NCBI GenBank assembly: GCA_035253825.1
Contig: DATFBM010000034.1
Location: 24,839-88,838, forward strand
DNA from: Acidimicrobiia bacterium
GTDB taxonomy: Bacteria > Actinomycetota > Acidimicrobiia > Spongiisociales > ZC4RG35
Reading direction: 5' to 3'
Length of the DNA: 64,000 nt
Shown: piece by piece, positions 8,285 through 17,100 of the stretch
Numbering within the stretch: position 1 is the stretch's first letter
Layout of the letters: the number at the start of each line of letters is the position of its first letter
Made by a program: the position numbers and the translations under genes
Notes under the pieces: model-generated
What the model was told of the DNA's origin: nothing
Databases searched by the model: none
What the model saw: the letters and a program-made list of their open reading frames with translations, nothing else

Positions 8285-9924
8285 AGCGACGTCGCCCCGG
8301 CCCGGGCCTGGCCCGCCAGCCCCCGAAGCGTGGCGGCGAGGTCCTTTTCCACCGGCCCGACGGCATCAGTGAAACGCGCCCGATCGCGGTGAAAAGCCTC
8401 GCTCAGCAAATCGGTGAGCCGGCCCCGCGCCCGTTTGACGAAGGCAGCCACATTGGCCTCGCCGAAAATGGCTTCCAGAAGCTTTTGGTTGAGGAAGGCG
8501 GTGGCAGCGCCAATTCCGACCTCGGTCCCAGTTAGCCCCCCGGTATGGAGGAAGACTGCGATCATCGCACTGGTCCCGAGCACATTGAGCCCCACCGATG
8601 CGGCTTGGGCCCAGGCCCTGCGCTGCTGGCCCAGGGTTGCGATCTCGCTCCCGATGGCTTCACCCCAGGAGGAGAGCGACTGGCTCAGCCGCTCCTCGAA
8701 GTCATCGCTGGCGGCCATGAGCTCGGGCCGACCGGCCAGGGATGGTTCCCCGAGAGGGTCGGCGGACCAGGTCGCAGAGACCCGGCGGGCTGCATCGTCG
8801 GCATGTCTGCGCGCGGAGGCGACCAGATCCGAGAATGCGGCCTCTCGAACGGGAGGGACGGGGGGTGGGGGTTGAGTGCGAAAGAGGTTCCGGATGGAGG
8901 CGGCGATCTTCCCGACCCCCTCGGCCAGAAGTCGGGCCAGCGGGCCGGCGCGGACGAAATCGAGCCATTGCTGGAGCACCTCCGAGCGGAGGAAGTCCCC
9001 GCTCTCCACTTCGTCGAGGAGTCTCCGCAGCCCTCGCTCATACGCCTGGTCTACTTCCTCGAGAAGTGACATGGTCGCTTGTTGATCCCTCTCGGTGTCG
9101 TCGGCAATTTCCTCGACGCCACCAGGGAGGCTCTCGAGCGCGGTGACAAGGCTGCGTCGGGCAACGGCTCGGCGGGCGGTGTCGTCCTGTCGAAGCTTTT
9201 CGATTGCACCCATGATCGGCGAAATCGCCTCGACGGCGAGGGCGTCGCGTGCAGGGTCGAGCGCTCCCTCGGCAACTGAGACCACCTCCAGATCCCCAAA
9301 CGCCCCCTGGCTGTCGAGACCACCACGCTCGAGCAAGGCCCGGTAGTCGGCCAGGACCTCGGCCTGTTCGTGGGTATCGATCGGCATCCGATTGATGACC
9401 ATGAGGAGAGGGACGCCGCGCTGGCGGGCTCGATCAAGCACCAGCCACGGCACCTGATCGGCGTAGCGAGTGACGGTGGTGACGAAGATGACCAGATCGG
9501 CCTTTTCGAGCAGGTCGAGAGCCAGTTGGCGGTTGTGTTGCTCGACGCTGTCGAAGTCGGGAGAGTCGACAATCACTAACCCCTTTGGGGCCGAGCCGTC
9601 GTTTTGGACGAGAAGGTTCGGGTGGATTTCGATGCCGTCCTCGGGGTGGGCGAGAGCCACCGGCCGGCGGGTGGTCGGCCGAAGCAATCCCGAAGGACTC
9701 ACCGCTCGGCGCGCCAGGGCATTGAAGAGCGAAGACTTACCGGAGCCGGTCGAGCCGAGAATGACCACGAAAAGGGGGGCCGCCAGATCCGATGCCCTCG
9801 GCAACAGATAGCTTTCGACGTGGGTGCGGAGCCGTTCCGCCTGCTCCCGCGACTCCCTGGTCGGGGCCGACGATGCCCGGCGGGCCAAGGCAGCAGATAG
9901 ATCCTCCAGCACTTGGCGCAGCAT
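8281..9924 (-). CDS. Membrane-anchored dynamin-like GTPase, paralogue B, with degenerate G3/G4 motifs.
   Basis: P-loop GSTGSGKSSLFNAL and a C-terminal hydrophobic hairpin. I chose the start at MLRQVLEDLSAALARRA by analogy with the paralogue A N-terminus and to avoid a 450-nt antisense overlap with the next gene. The ORF is open to 10365. Confidence 0.6.
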   Translation of the reverse strand: MLRQVLEDLSAALARRASSAPTRESREQAERLRTHVESYLLPRASDLAAPLFVVILGSTGSGKSSLFNALARRAVSPSGLLRPTTRRPVALAHPEDGIEIHPNLLVQNDGSAPKGLVIVDSPDFDSVEQHNRQLALDLLEKADLVIFVTTVTRYADQVPWLVLDRARQRGVPLLMVINRMPIDTHEQAEVLADYRALLERGGLDSQGAFGDLEVVSVAEGALDPARDALAVEAISPIMGAIEKLRQDDTARRAVARRSLVTALESLPGGVEEIADDTERDQQATMSLLEEVDQAYERGLRRLLDEVESGDFLRSEVLQQWLDFVRAGPLARLLAEGVGKIAASIRNLFRTQPPPPVPPVREAAFSDLVASARRHADDAARRVSATWSADPLGEPSLAGRPELMAASDDFEERLSQSLSSWGEAIGSEIATLGQQRRAWAQAASVGLNVLGTSAMIAVFLHTGGLTGTEVGIGAATAFLNQKLLEAIFGEANVAAFVKRARGRLTDLLSEAFHRDRARFTDAVGPVEKDLAATLRGLAGQARAGATSL

Positions 9925-11067
9925 CGAGCCAAGTGTGACAGCCTCGACCGGGAAATTCGTTTGTTGGCTACGGTTGGCCGGGTGAAGCCCTACCAGACCG
10001 GCCAGCCCTCCCTCGACGAGCAAATCCGCCAGCTCATCATCGACGCGGGCGATGGTGGCAACCAGGATCTCATTGCCGAGCTCCTGACGACGGTCATCAA
10101 ACTGCATCGAGACAAGGCCGAGCGGGGTGACCTGAAGATGGTCAACACCGCGCTTAAGGAGATGCGCTACTCCATGGCGGTGTTCGCCCGACACCAAGAG
10201 CCCAAGGTGACGATCTTTGGAAGCGCCCGGCTGGCCGAGTCCGATCCCAACTTCCAGCTCGCCGAACGCTTCGCCGGCCTGATGGCGGAGAAAGGCTGGG
10301 GAGTGATCACCGGAGCAGGTCCGGGAATCATGGCCGCCGGGAGCAAAGGCGCGGGTCTCGATCACTCATACGGGGTAAACATCCGCCTCCCCTTCGAGCC
10401 CGATCCGGTGGGCTACATCGATCCCCAGCGCAACATCAACTTCAAGTACTTCTTCACCCGCAAGCTCACCTTTATCAAGGAGTCCCATGCCTTCGCCCTC
10501 TTCCCGGGCGGCTTCGGCACCCTCGACGAAACCTTCGAACTGCTGACGCTCATTCAGACCGGGAAGAGCGACATGCATCCGATCGTGCTCGTCGAGGCAC
10601 CTGGAACCGGCTACTGGCCCCCCTTGCTCGAGTTCTTCTCGACGACGCTGGTGGCAAAGGGCCTGATTTCCCCTGCCGACATGAACCTCTTCGAGGTAAC
10701 CGGCGAGGCCAACGACGCCGCCGCCATGATCCACGCCTTCTATTCCAACTTTCACTCCCAGCGTTATGTGGAAGGAAAGCTCGTGCTGCGGATGAAGGAG
10801 GCCCCGGAAGGAACCGTCCTCGATGAGATCAACCGCGAGTTCGCCGACATCCTCGCCGCTGGGAGGATCGAGAAAACCGAACCGTCAGCCGCCGAGGAAA
10901 AGGACGCAGATGCTCTCGACCAGGAGCGACTGGTCCTCAACTTCGACCGCCGGAGCTACGGGCGGCTGCGACTCCTGATCGACCACCTCAACACGTTGGT
11001 CTCCACTCCTGACCGGGTCGCGCCACCGGCCCCCTTCCAGGAGGAACAGGCAGAAAGACCGTGGTAG
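9913..11067 (+). CDS. LOG-family / PpnN (YgdH)-like nucleotide 5'-monophosphate nucleosidase.
   Basis: GxGxGxMG-type motif (GAGPGIMAAGSKGA) and the LOG signature PGGFGTLDE with an N-terminal extension, as in PpnN. The start is uncertain because of the head-to-head overlap with the upstream GTPase gene. Confidence 0.7.
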   Translation: MAQHRAKCDSLDREIRLLATVGRVKPYQTGQPSLDEQIRQLIIDAGDGGNQDLIAELLTTVIKLHRDKAERGDLKMVNTALKEMRYSMAVFARHQEPKVTIFGSARLAESDPNFQLAERFAGLMAEKGWGVITGAGPGIMAAGSKGAGLDHSYGVNIRLPFEPDPVGYIDPQRNINFKYFFTRKLTFIKESHAFALFPGGFGTLDETFELLTLIQTGKSDMHPIVLVEAPGTGYWPPLLEFFSTTLVAKGLISPADMNLFEVTGEANDAAAMIHAFYSNFHSQRYVEGKLVLRMKEAPEGTVLDEINREFADILAAGRIEKTEPSAAEEKDADALDQERLVLNFDRRSYGRLRLLIDHLNTLVSTPDRVAPPAPFQEEQAERPW

Positions 11068-11086
11068 CGAGGTTTCGTGGCCCTGG

Positions 11087-11872
11087 TTGGAGCGCGGCTC
11101 CGGAATCTTGTTTGTCGGAAGCGACTACCATGGCGGAGTGCGCGAACTCCTCTCAGACCTAGTAGCTGAGCAGCAGTTTCTCGACCAGTTCCTGCAAAGG
11201 ATCACTCAAAAGGACTGGGAAAGGCCGACCCCAGCCAAGGGATGGTCGATCAGGGACACCATCAGTCATCTCGCCGACTCCGCCGAATTGGCTGCCGACG
11301 CTCTCAATGGCGGGAACCGTATCGAGATCTATCGCAGTGCTCCCGACCTGGATGCGCTCCGTCAGGAAGCGGTCAAGAAGGGCCGCAAGATGCGTTACCA
11401 GGACGTGATCGAGTGGTGGCGGGGAGGTCGGGCCAAGGTCGTCGAGCCCCTCTCGCATATGTCGGCCGAGCAGCGCATCGAATGGATCTCGGGGGATATG
11501 AGCGCGAGAACCTTCGCCACGATGAGGTTGATGGAGAACTGGGCGCACGGCCTCGACATCTACAACGCCATGAAGGCCCAGGTCGAGGACACGGCGCGGC
11601 TCCGCCACATCTGCTTTCTCGGCTGGAAGACCCTGCCCTATGCGTTCAAGATCGCTGACATGGACTATTCACCCGTTCGGGTGGAGGTCATGGGCCCCGG
11701 ATATGCCAAGTGGGTCTATGGGCCCGACGACACCGACCAAGTCATCAAGGGCCCGGCCGGCGAATGGGCTCGACTCTCGGTGCGAAGGATCAAGCGCAAG
11801 GACGCCAAGAATTTGAAGGCCACCGGTGACGTGGCCGACACAGCCCTGGACGTGGTTCGCGCCTATCTATGA
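11087..11872 (+). CDS. DinB/MDMPI_N-like (maleylpyruvate isomerase N-terminal domain, TIGR03083/TIGR03084-type) metal-binding protein.
   Basis: W..RDTISHL motif followed by a conserved helical region; 261 aa. Confidence 0.5.
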   Translation: MERGSGILFVGSDYHGGVRELLSDLVAEQQFLDQFLQRITQKDWERPTPAKGWSIRDTISHLADSAELAADALNGGNRIEIYRSAPDLDALRQEAVKKGRKMRYQDVIEWWRGGRAKVVEPLSHMSAEQRIEWISGDMSARTFATMRLMENWAHGLDIYNAMKAQVEDTARLRHICFLGWKTLPYAFKIADMDYSPVRVEVMGPGYAKWVYGPDDTDQVIKGPAGEWARLSVRRIKRKDAKNLKATGDVADTALDVVRAYL

Positions 11873-12666
11873 GGCTCCCATCCCTGTTTGGGATGGTGCA
11901 TCTTTCCCCCCTTCCAGGAGCCCCTCGATTCCGAAGTGACACCGGGATGGATGCGGTTATGGCGCGGGCGTTAGAGGACGCCTCGAGGTTGGCGGAGGCG
12001 GGTTTCCCGGCGCTGATGATCGAGAACTACGGCGACGCCCCGTTCTTTGCCGTTGGAGTTCCGCCCGTCACGGTTGCCGCCCTCACGAGGGTCGTTGCCC
12101 GCGTCAAGGACGAGACCGGCCTCGAGGTGGGTGTGAACGTGCTTCGCAACGATGCCATCTCCGCCCTCGGAATCGCCGCTGCCACCGGCGCCGGCTGGAT
12201 CAGGGTCAACGTTCTCTCGGGCCTCATGTATACCGACCAGGGTCCCATTACCGGACAGGCCGCGGAGGTGGCGAGGGTGCGAAAGGATTGGTGTCCAGGG
12301 GTGGGGATCCTGGCCGACGTGTTCGTCAAGCATGCCACACCTCCACCGGGAAACGACATCGCCCAGGCTGGAGCGGACACCTGGGAGAGGGCAGGCGCCG
12401 ACGCCCTTGTCATCTCCGGGACCGGCACCGGTTCGGCCCCGGACCTCGACCTGGCCCGCGACCTGCGAATGGCGGTGCCGGAGGCACCGATCCTGGTGGG
12501 GTCGGGAGCCACCGCCGGAAACCTGGTCGAGTTGGCGAAAGTGGCCAACGGCGCCATCGTCGGCTCATCGCTCAAGGTGGGCGGAAGACCCGAGGGAGAG
12601 ATCGATCTCGACTCGGCTCGAGAATTTGTCGCCGCCGCCCGCGAGGTGGGCTGGCTCCCACCCTGA
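11869..12666 (+). CDS. BtpA/SgcQ family TIM-barrel protein.
   Basis: MVHLSPLPGAP N-terminal hallmark of the BtpA family (canonical MVHLPPLPGSP); ATGA overlap with the upstream gene. Confidence 0.7.
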   Translation: MRLPSLFGMVHLSPLPGAPRFRSDTGMDAVMARALEDASRLAEAGFPALMIENYGDAPFFAVGVPPVTVAALTRVVARVKDETGLEVGVNVLRNDAISALGIAAATGAGWIRVNVLSGLMYTDQGPITGQAAEVARVRKDWCPGVGILADVFVKHATPPPGNDIAQAGADTWERAGADALVISGTGTGSAPDLDLARDLRMAVPEAPILVGSGATAGNLVELAKVANGAIVGSSLKVGGRPEGEIDLDSAREFVAAAREVGWLPP

Positions 12667-13433
12667 TGCCTCCGTCGCTCACCGCCGCCGGGCGGGTGGC
12701 CACCCTCACTCTCGACGAACCCGACACTCGCAATGCGATTACGGGAGCCGAGGCTCTGAATGCAGTCATATCTGCCATTGCCAGCCCTCCCGTCGAGATC
12801 GGCGTGCTCGTGATCACCGGGGCCGGTCCTGCATTCTCGGCCGGCGGGAACCTAAAGGACATGGCCGCCCGCGAGGGACTATTCGCCGGAAGCCCCGAGG
12901 AGATCATGGAGGGTTACCGGTCCAGCATCCAGCAGCTGACCAGAGCCCTGCTCGAAACCGATCTGGCAACCATCGCCGCGGTGAACGGCCCCGCCATCGG
13001 CGCCGGCTTCGACCTGGCAATGGGATGCGATTTGCGGCTGGGCTCCACGTCCGCCCGGTTCGCCCACACTTTTGTCGACCTCGGGATCATCCCCGGCGAC
13101 GGGGGCGCCTGGCTTTTACCGCGAGTGGTGGGCTGGCAGCGAGCAGCCGAGCTTGCCTTCACCGCCCGGTCGGTAGGAGCGGAGGAGGCGAAGGACTTGG
13201 GGATCCTCCTCGAGGTCACCGAGCCGCAAGATCTCATGACAAGGGCGATGGATCTCGCCCAATTGATCGCCAGCAAGCCGGCCCATTCCATTCGGTTGGC
13301 CAAGCGCTTGCTCCGCCACGCCCGATCGATGGATCTGGCGGGATTTCTCGACTTTTCGGCCGCCCTCCAGGCGATCTCGCACCACACCGAAGCCCATCAC
13401 CAGGCGATGGACCGGCTCAAGCGCAGCCCGTAG
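12666..13433 (+). CDS. Enoyl-CoA hydratase/isomerase (crotonase) family protein.
   Basis: VLVITGAGPAFSAGGNLKDM oxyanion-hole motif. I chose the internal ATG that overlaps the btpA stop (TGATG); the upstream part of the ORF is low-complexity Arg/Pro. Confidence 0.8.
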   Translation: MPPSLTAAGRVATLTLDEPDTRNAITGAEALNAVISAIASPPVEIGVLVITGAGPAFSAGGNLKDMAAREGLFAGSPEEIMEGYRSSIQQLTRALLETDLATIAAVNGPAIGAGFDLAMGCDLRLGSTSARFAHTFVDLGIIPGDGGAWLLPRVVGWQRAAELAFTARSVGAEEAKDLGILLEVTEPQDLMTRAMDLAQLIASKPAHSIRLAKRLLRHARSMDLAGFLDFSAALQAISHHTEAHHQAMDRLKRSP

Positions 13434-13445
13434 TGACTAGTCACT
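13434..13445. promoter_or_regulatory. Perfect 12-bp palindrome GTGACTAGTCAC immediately after the crotonase stop codon and upstream of the HD-GYP gene.
   Basis: Self-complementary sequence seen directly; candidate operator. Confidence 0.3.
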
Positions 13446-13499
13446 CAGAGTGGTGATACCGTAGACCCATGGTGGGAGGGTGACCTCTAGCCCAATCTG

Positions 13500-14159
13500 T
13501 TGCCCCTAGCGAGTGGGAAGGGCATGGACGAGAGTCTCCTGAAGGCAATGAAAGGCGTGGTCGACGACCTCTACGGCCACGTGCACCGCGTCAGTGACCT
13601 GGCTGTCGCCCTCGGCAAGGAGATGTCGCTACCCCGCGATGATGTCAAGCGCTTGGGCCTGGTCGGAATCCTCCACGACGTTGGAAAGATCCACATCGAT
13701 CCGGGCGTCTTGGCCAAACCCGGCCCCCTCGATGATCTCGAGCGAGAGCACATGCGCCAGCATCCCGAGATCGGCTACGCGATGATCGCCGAGAAGTTTG
13801 ACCGGCGGGTATCGGAAGCCATCCTCTATCACCACGAGCGCTATGACGGGCTCGGATATCCGTTCGGGTTGGCCGGCACGAAAATCCCGGTTCTCTCCCG
13901 GATCGTTCTCGTGGCCGATGCCTTCGATGCCATCACCAGTCACCGGGCCTACCAGCCTGCCCTTTCGGTCGATTTCGCCATTTCCGAGATCATTAACAAT
14001 TCGGGCACCCAATTCGACCCGGGTGTGGTCGAAGCCTTCCTCGCCGTCTCCGAGCGCGACGGCGTCCCCACCTCGAAGCCCGGAGACCGATCGAAGGAGC
14101 GGGCCCGGGTCCTCAGGCGACTAGCCCGCCCGACCCGCGAGAAGGCTCCCACGGCCTGA
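13500..14159 (+). CDS. Stand-alone HD-GYP domain phosphohydrolase (candidate c-di-GMP phosphodiesterase).
   Basis: HD motif (GILHDVGK) and HHERYDGLGYP (HD-GYP signature). Confidence 0.8.
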   Translation: MPLASGKGMDESLLKAMKGVVDDLYGHVHRVSDLAVALGKEMSLPRDDVKRLGLVGILHDVGKIHIDPGVLAKPGPLDDLEREHMRQHPEIGYAMIAEKFDRRVSEAILYHHERYDGLGYPFGLAGTKIPVLSRIVLVADAFDAITSHRAYQPALSVDFAISEIINNSGTQFDPGVVEAFLAVSERDGVPTSKPGDRSKERARVLRRLARPTREKAPTA

Positions 14160-14192
14160 GTTCCTGTCCCTCACCCCGAATAGGGTGAGGAC

Positions 14193-17100
14193 GTGGATCC
14201 ACTCAACCACTTTCACCCTGCCACGGCCGCTTGGTTCAGGGCTTCGTTCCCAAGACCGACTTTGGCCCAGGAAGAGGGGTGGCGGCATATCGCCGCCGGT
14301 TCTCACACCCTGATCCACGCCCCCACCGGTAGTGGGAAAACGTTGGCGGCGTTTCTATGGGTACTCGATCGGCTTCTGCACGAGCCGCTGCCTCCGCCCC
14401 AAGCGCGGTGTCGGGTTCTCTACATATCTCCGATGAAGGCGCTGGCCTACGACGTAGACCGCAACCTGCGGGCTCCTTTGGCCGGTATCCGGCACGCGGC
14501 CACCCGTCTCGGGCGAGACCATCTTCCCGAACTCTCGACCTTTCTTCGCACCGGCGACACGCCCCCAGCCGATCGCCAACGGATGCTTCGACATCCTCCC
14601 GACATCCTCATCACGACTCCGGAGTCATTGTTTCTCCTGCTCACCTCCGAGGCGCGAAAGGTTCTGGCCTCTGTGCGCTGGGTGATTGTTGATGAGGTCC
14701 ACGCGGTGGCTTCCCACAAGCGGGGAGCCCATCTCGCCATCTCCCTCGAACGTTTGGAGGAACTCACTGAAGTGCCCCCGCAACGGATCGGGCTCTCGGC
14801 CACCCAGCGACCCTTGCAGACCATCGCCGAGTTCTTGGGCGGGGGAACCGTGGTTGACGACGACTATCAACCCCGACCGGTTGCGATCGCCGACGCCCCT
14901 GCTCCTCGTCCTCTCGACCTCGAGGTGATCGTTCCGGTCGAAGACATGAGCGCCCCCGCCCCCATCGACCCGCTCGATCCCGAGGCTTCCCGAAGCCCAT
15001 CGATTTGGCCGGCCATCTACCCCGAGATCCTCGAACTTATCGGCCAACACCGCTCGACAATCGTCTTCGCCAATTCCCGCCGGCTGGCGGAAAGGATCTG
15101 CGCCCAGATCAACGAGCTTGCCGGCGAGGAGATCTCACGGGCTCACCACGGCTCCGTCTCGCGAGAGCAACGAATCCTGATCGAGGAATCCCTCAAAAGG
15201 GGCGAATTGAGAGCCGTCGTCGCCACTTCCAGCCTCGAACTCGGCATCGACATGGGTGCGGTGGATCTGGTGATCCAGGTCGAGGCTCCGGTGTCGGTGG
15301 CCTCCGGCCTTCAGAGGGTTGGTCGATCCGGCCATCATGTCGGAGGCGAGAGCCGGGCTCGAATCCTCCCGAAATACCGAGGCGATCTCCTCACCTCGGT
15401 GGTCATCGCCCGTCAGATGCTGGAAGGCGATATCGAAGAGACCGTCATCCCTCGCAATCCCCTCGACGTCCTCAGCCAGCACCTGGTGGCAGCGGTGGTT
15501 ACTGGGCCTCGCACGGCCGACGATCTCTATGACCTGATGCGACGGGCCCGGCCCTTCTCAACGCTCGGGCGACCGGTTTTCGAAGCCACCCTGGACATGC
15601 TGGCGGGTCGGTATCCATCCGATCTCTTCGCGGAATTGCGGGCACGGGTGAATTGGGACCGCACCGACGGCACCATCACCGCCCGCCCGGGGGCGCGACA
15701 ACTGGTGGTTGCCAACGCCGGGACGATTCCCGATCGGGGGCTGTTCCGAGTGGTCCTTCCCGACGGGAGCCGGGTAGGCGAGCTTGATGAGGAGATGGTC
15801 TACGAATCCCGGGTCGGCGATGCCATCGTCCTCGGCGCCAGCACCTGGCGGGTATCAGATATCGGCCCCGAGCGGGTGGAGGTGGTACCCGACCCCGGCG
15901 CCGCCGGTGCCCGGCTCCCTTTCTGGAAGGGCGACGTGCAGGGGCGGTCGCTTGCCACCGGCCGTCGCATCGGTCGCTTCGTTCGCGAGATGAGCCGGCT
16001 CCCTGACCCCAGCGGACCTCTCATGACCGATTACAACCTCGACGAGTTCGCGGCCGGCAATCTGGCGGCCTACTTGGCCGAGGAGAAGGAGGCAACCGGC
16101 CTCCTCCCTACCGATCAGACGCTGGTGCTGGAGCGTTTTCGAGATGAGATTGGCGACTGGCGGGTGACGTTGCTCTCGCCTCTCGGCGCTCGCATCCACG
16201 CTCCTTGGGCGATGGCGCTCACTCAAAAATTGCGCAGCCGCTTCGGAACCGACATGGACGTGATATGGGCCGATGATGGCATCGCTTTCCGTTTTCCCGA
16301 CAGCGACGAGGTTCCGGGTTTGGCGGAGCTGACTCTCGAGCCCGAGGAGGTACGAGAACTGCTCGAGGATCATCTCGCCGACACGGCACTCTTTGGAGCC
16401 CGGTTTCGAGAGGCGGCGGGACGGGCGCTGCTGCTCCCGCGGCGCCGGCCGGGGAGTCGTACGCCGCTGTGGCAACAGCGCCGGCGCGCGGCAGACCTGC
16501 TGGCAGTGGCACGTCAGTTCGGCATGTTCCCGATCATGCTGGAGACCTATCGCGAGATCCTGACCCAGGACTTCGACCTACCGGCACTCACTGAGGTCCT
16601 CTCCGATCTTCGGTCCCGCAAGCTGCGCATGGTCGAGGTGGAAACGACCCATCCCTCGCCCTTCGCCTCCTCGCTGCTCTTTGCATTCGTGGCCGCATTT
16701 CTTTACGAGGCCGACACTCCCCTTGCCGAGCGAAGAGCAACCGCCCTCACTCTCGACCGCAACCTCCTTGCCAGCCTCCTGGGTGAAGGGGAGCTTCGAG
16801 ACTTGATCTCCCCCGAAGTCGTGGCGATGGTTGAGCTCGAGCTCCAGCATCTCACTCCTGAACGGCGGGCAACCAGCGCCGATGGAGTGGTCGATCTCCT
16901 CCGCGACCTCGGTCCTCTGAGCAAGGATGACATCGAGGTCCGAAGCGACTTGTCGCAGTTTTCGGCGTCATTCGAGGAATTGGCGATGACGGGGAGGATG
17001 GTGGCGGTCCGCATCGCCGGGCGCCAGTGCTATGCCGCCGCTGAGGACATTTCCCGGCTGCGAGACGGACTTGGCATCCCCCCTCCTCAGGGAACTCCGG

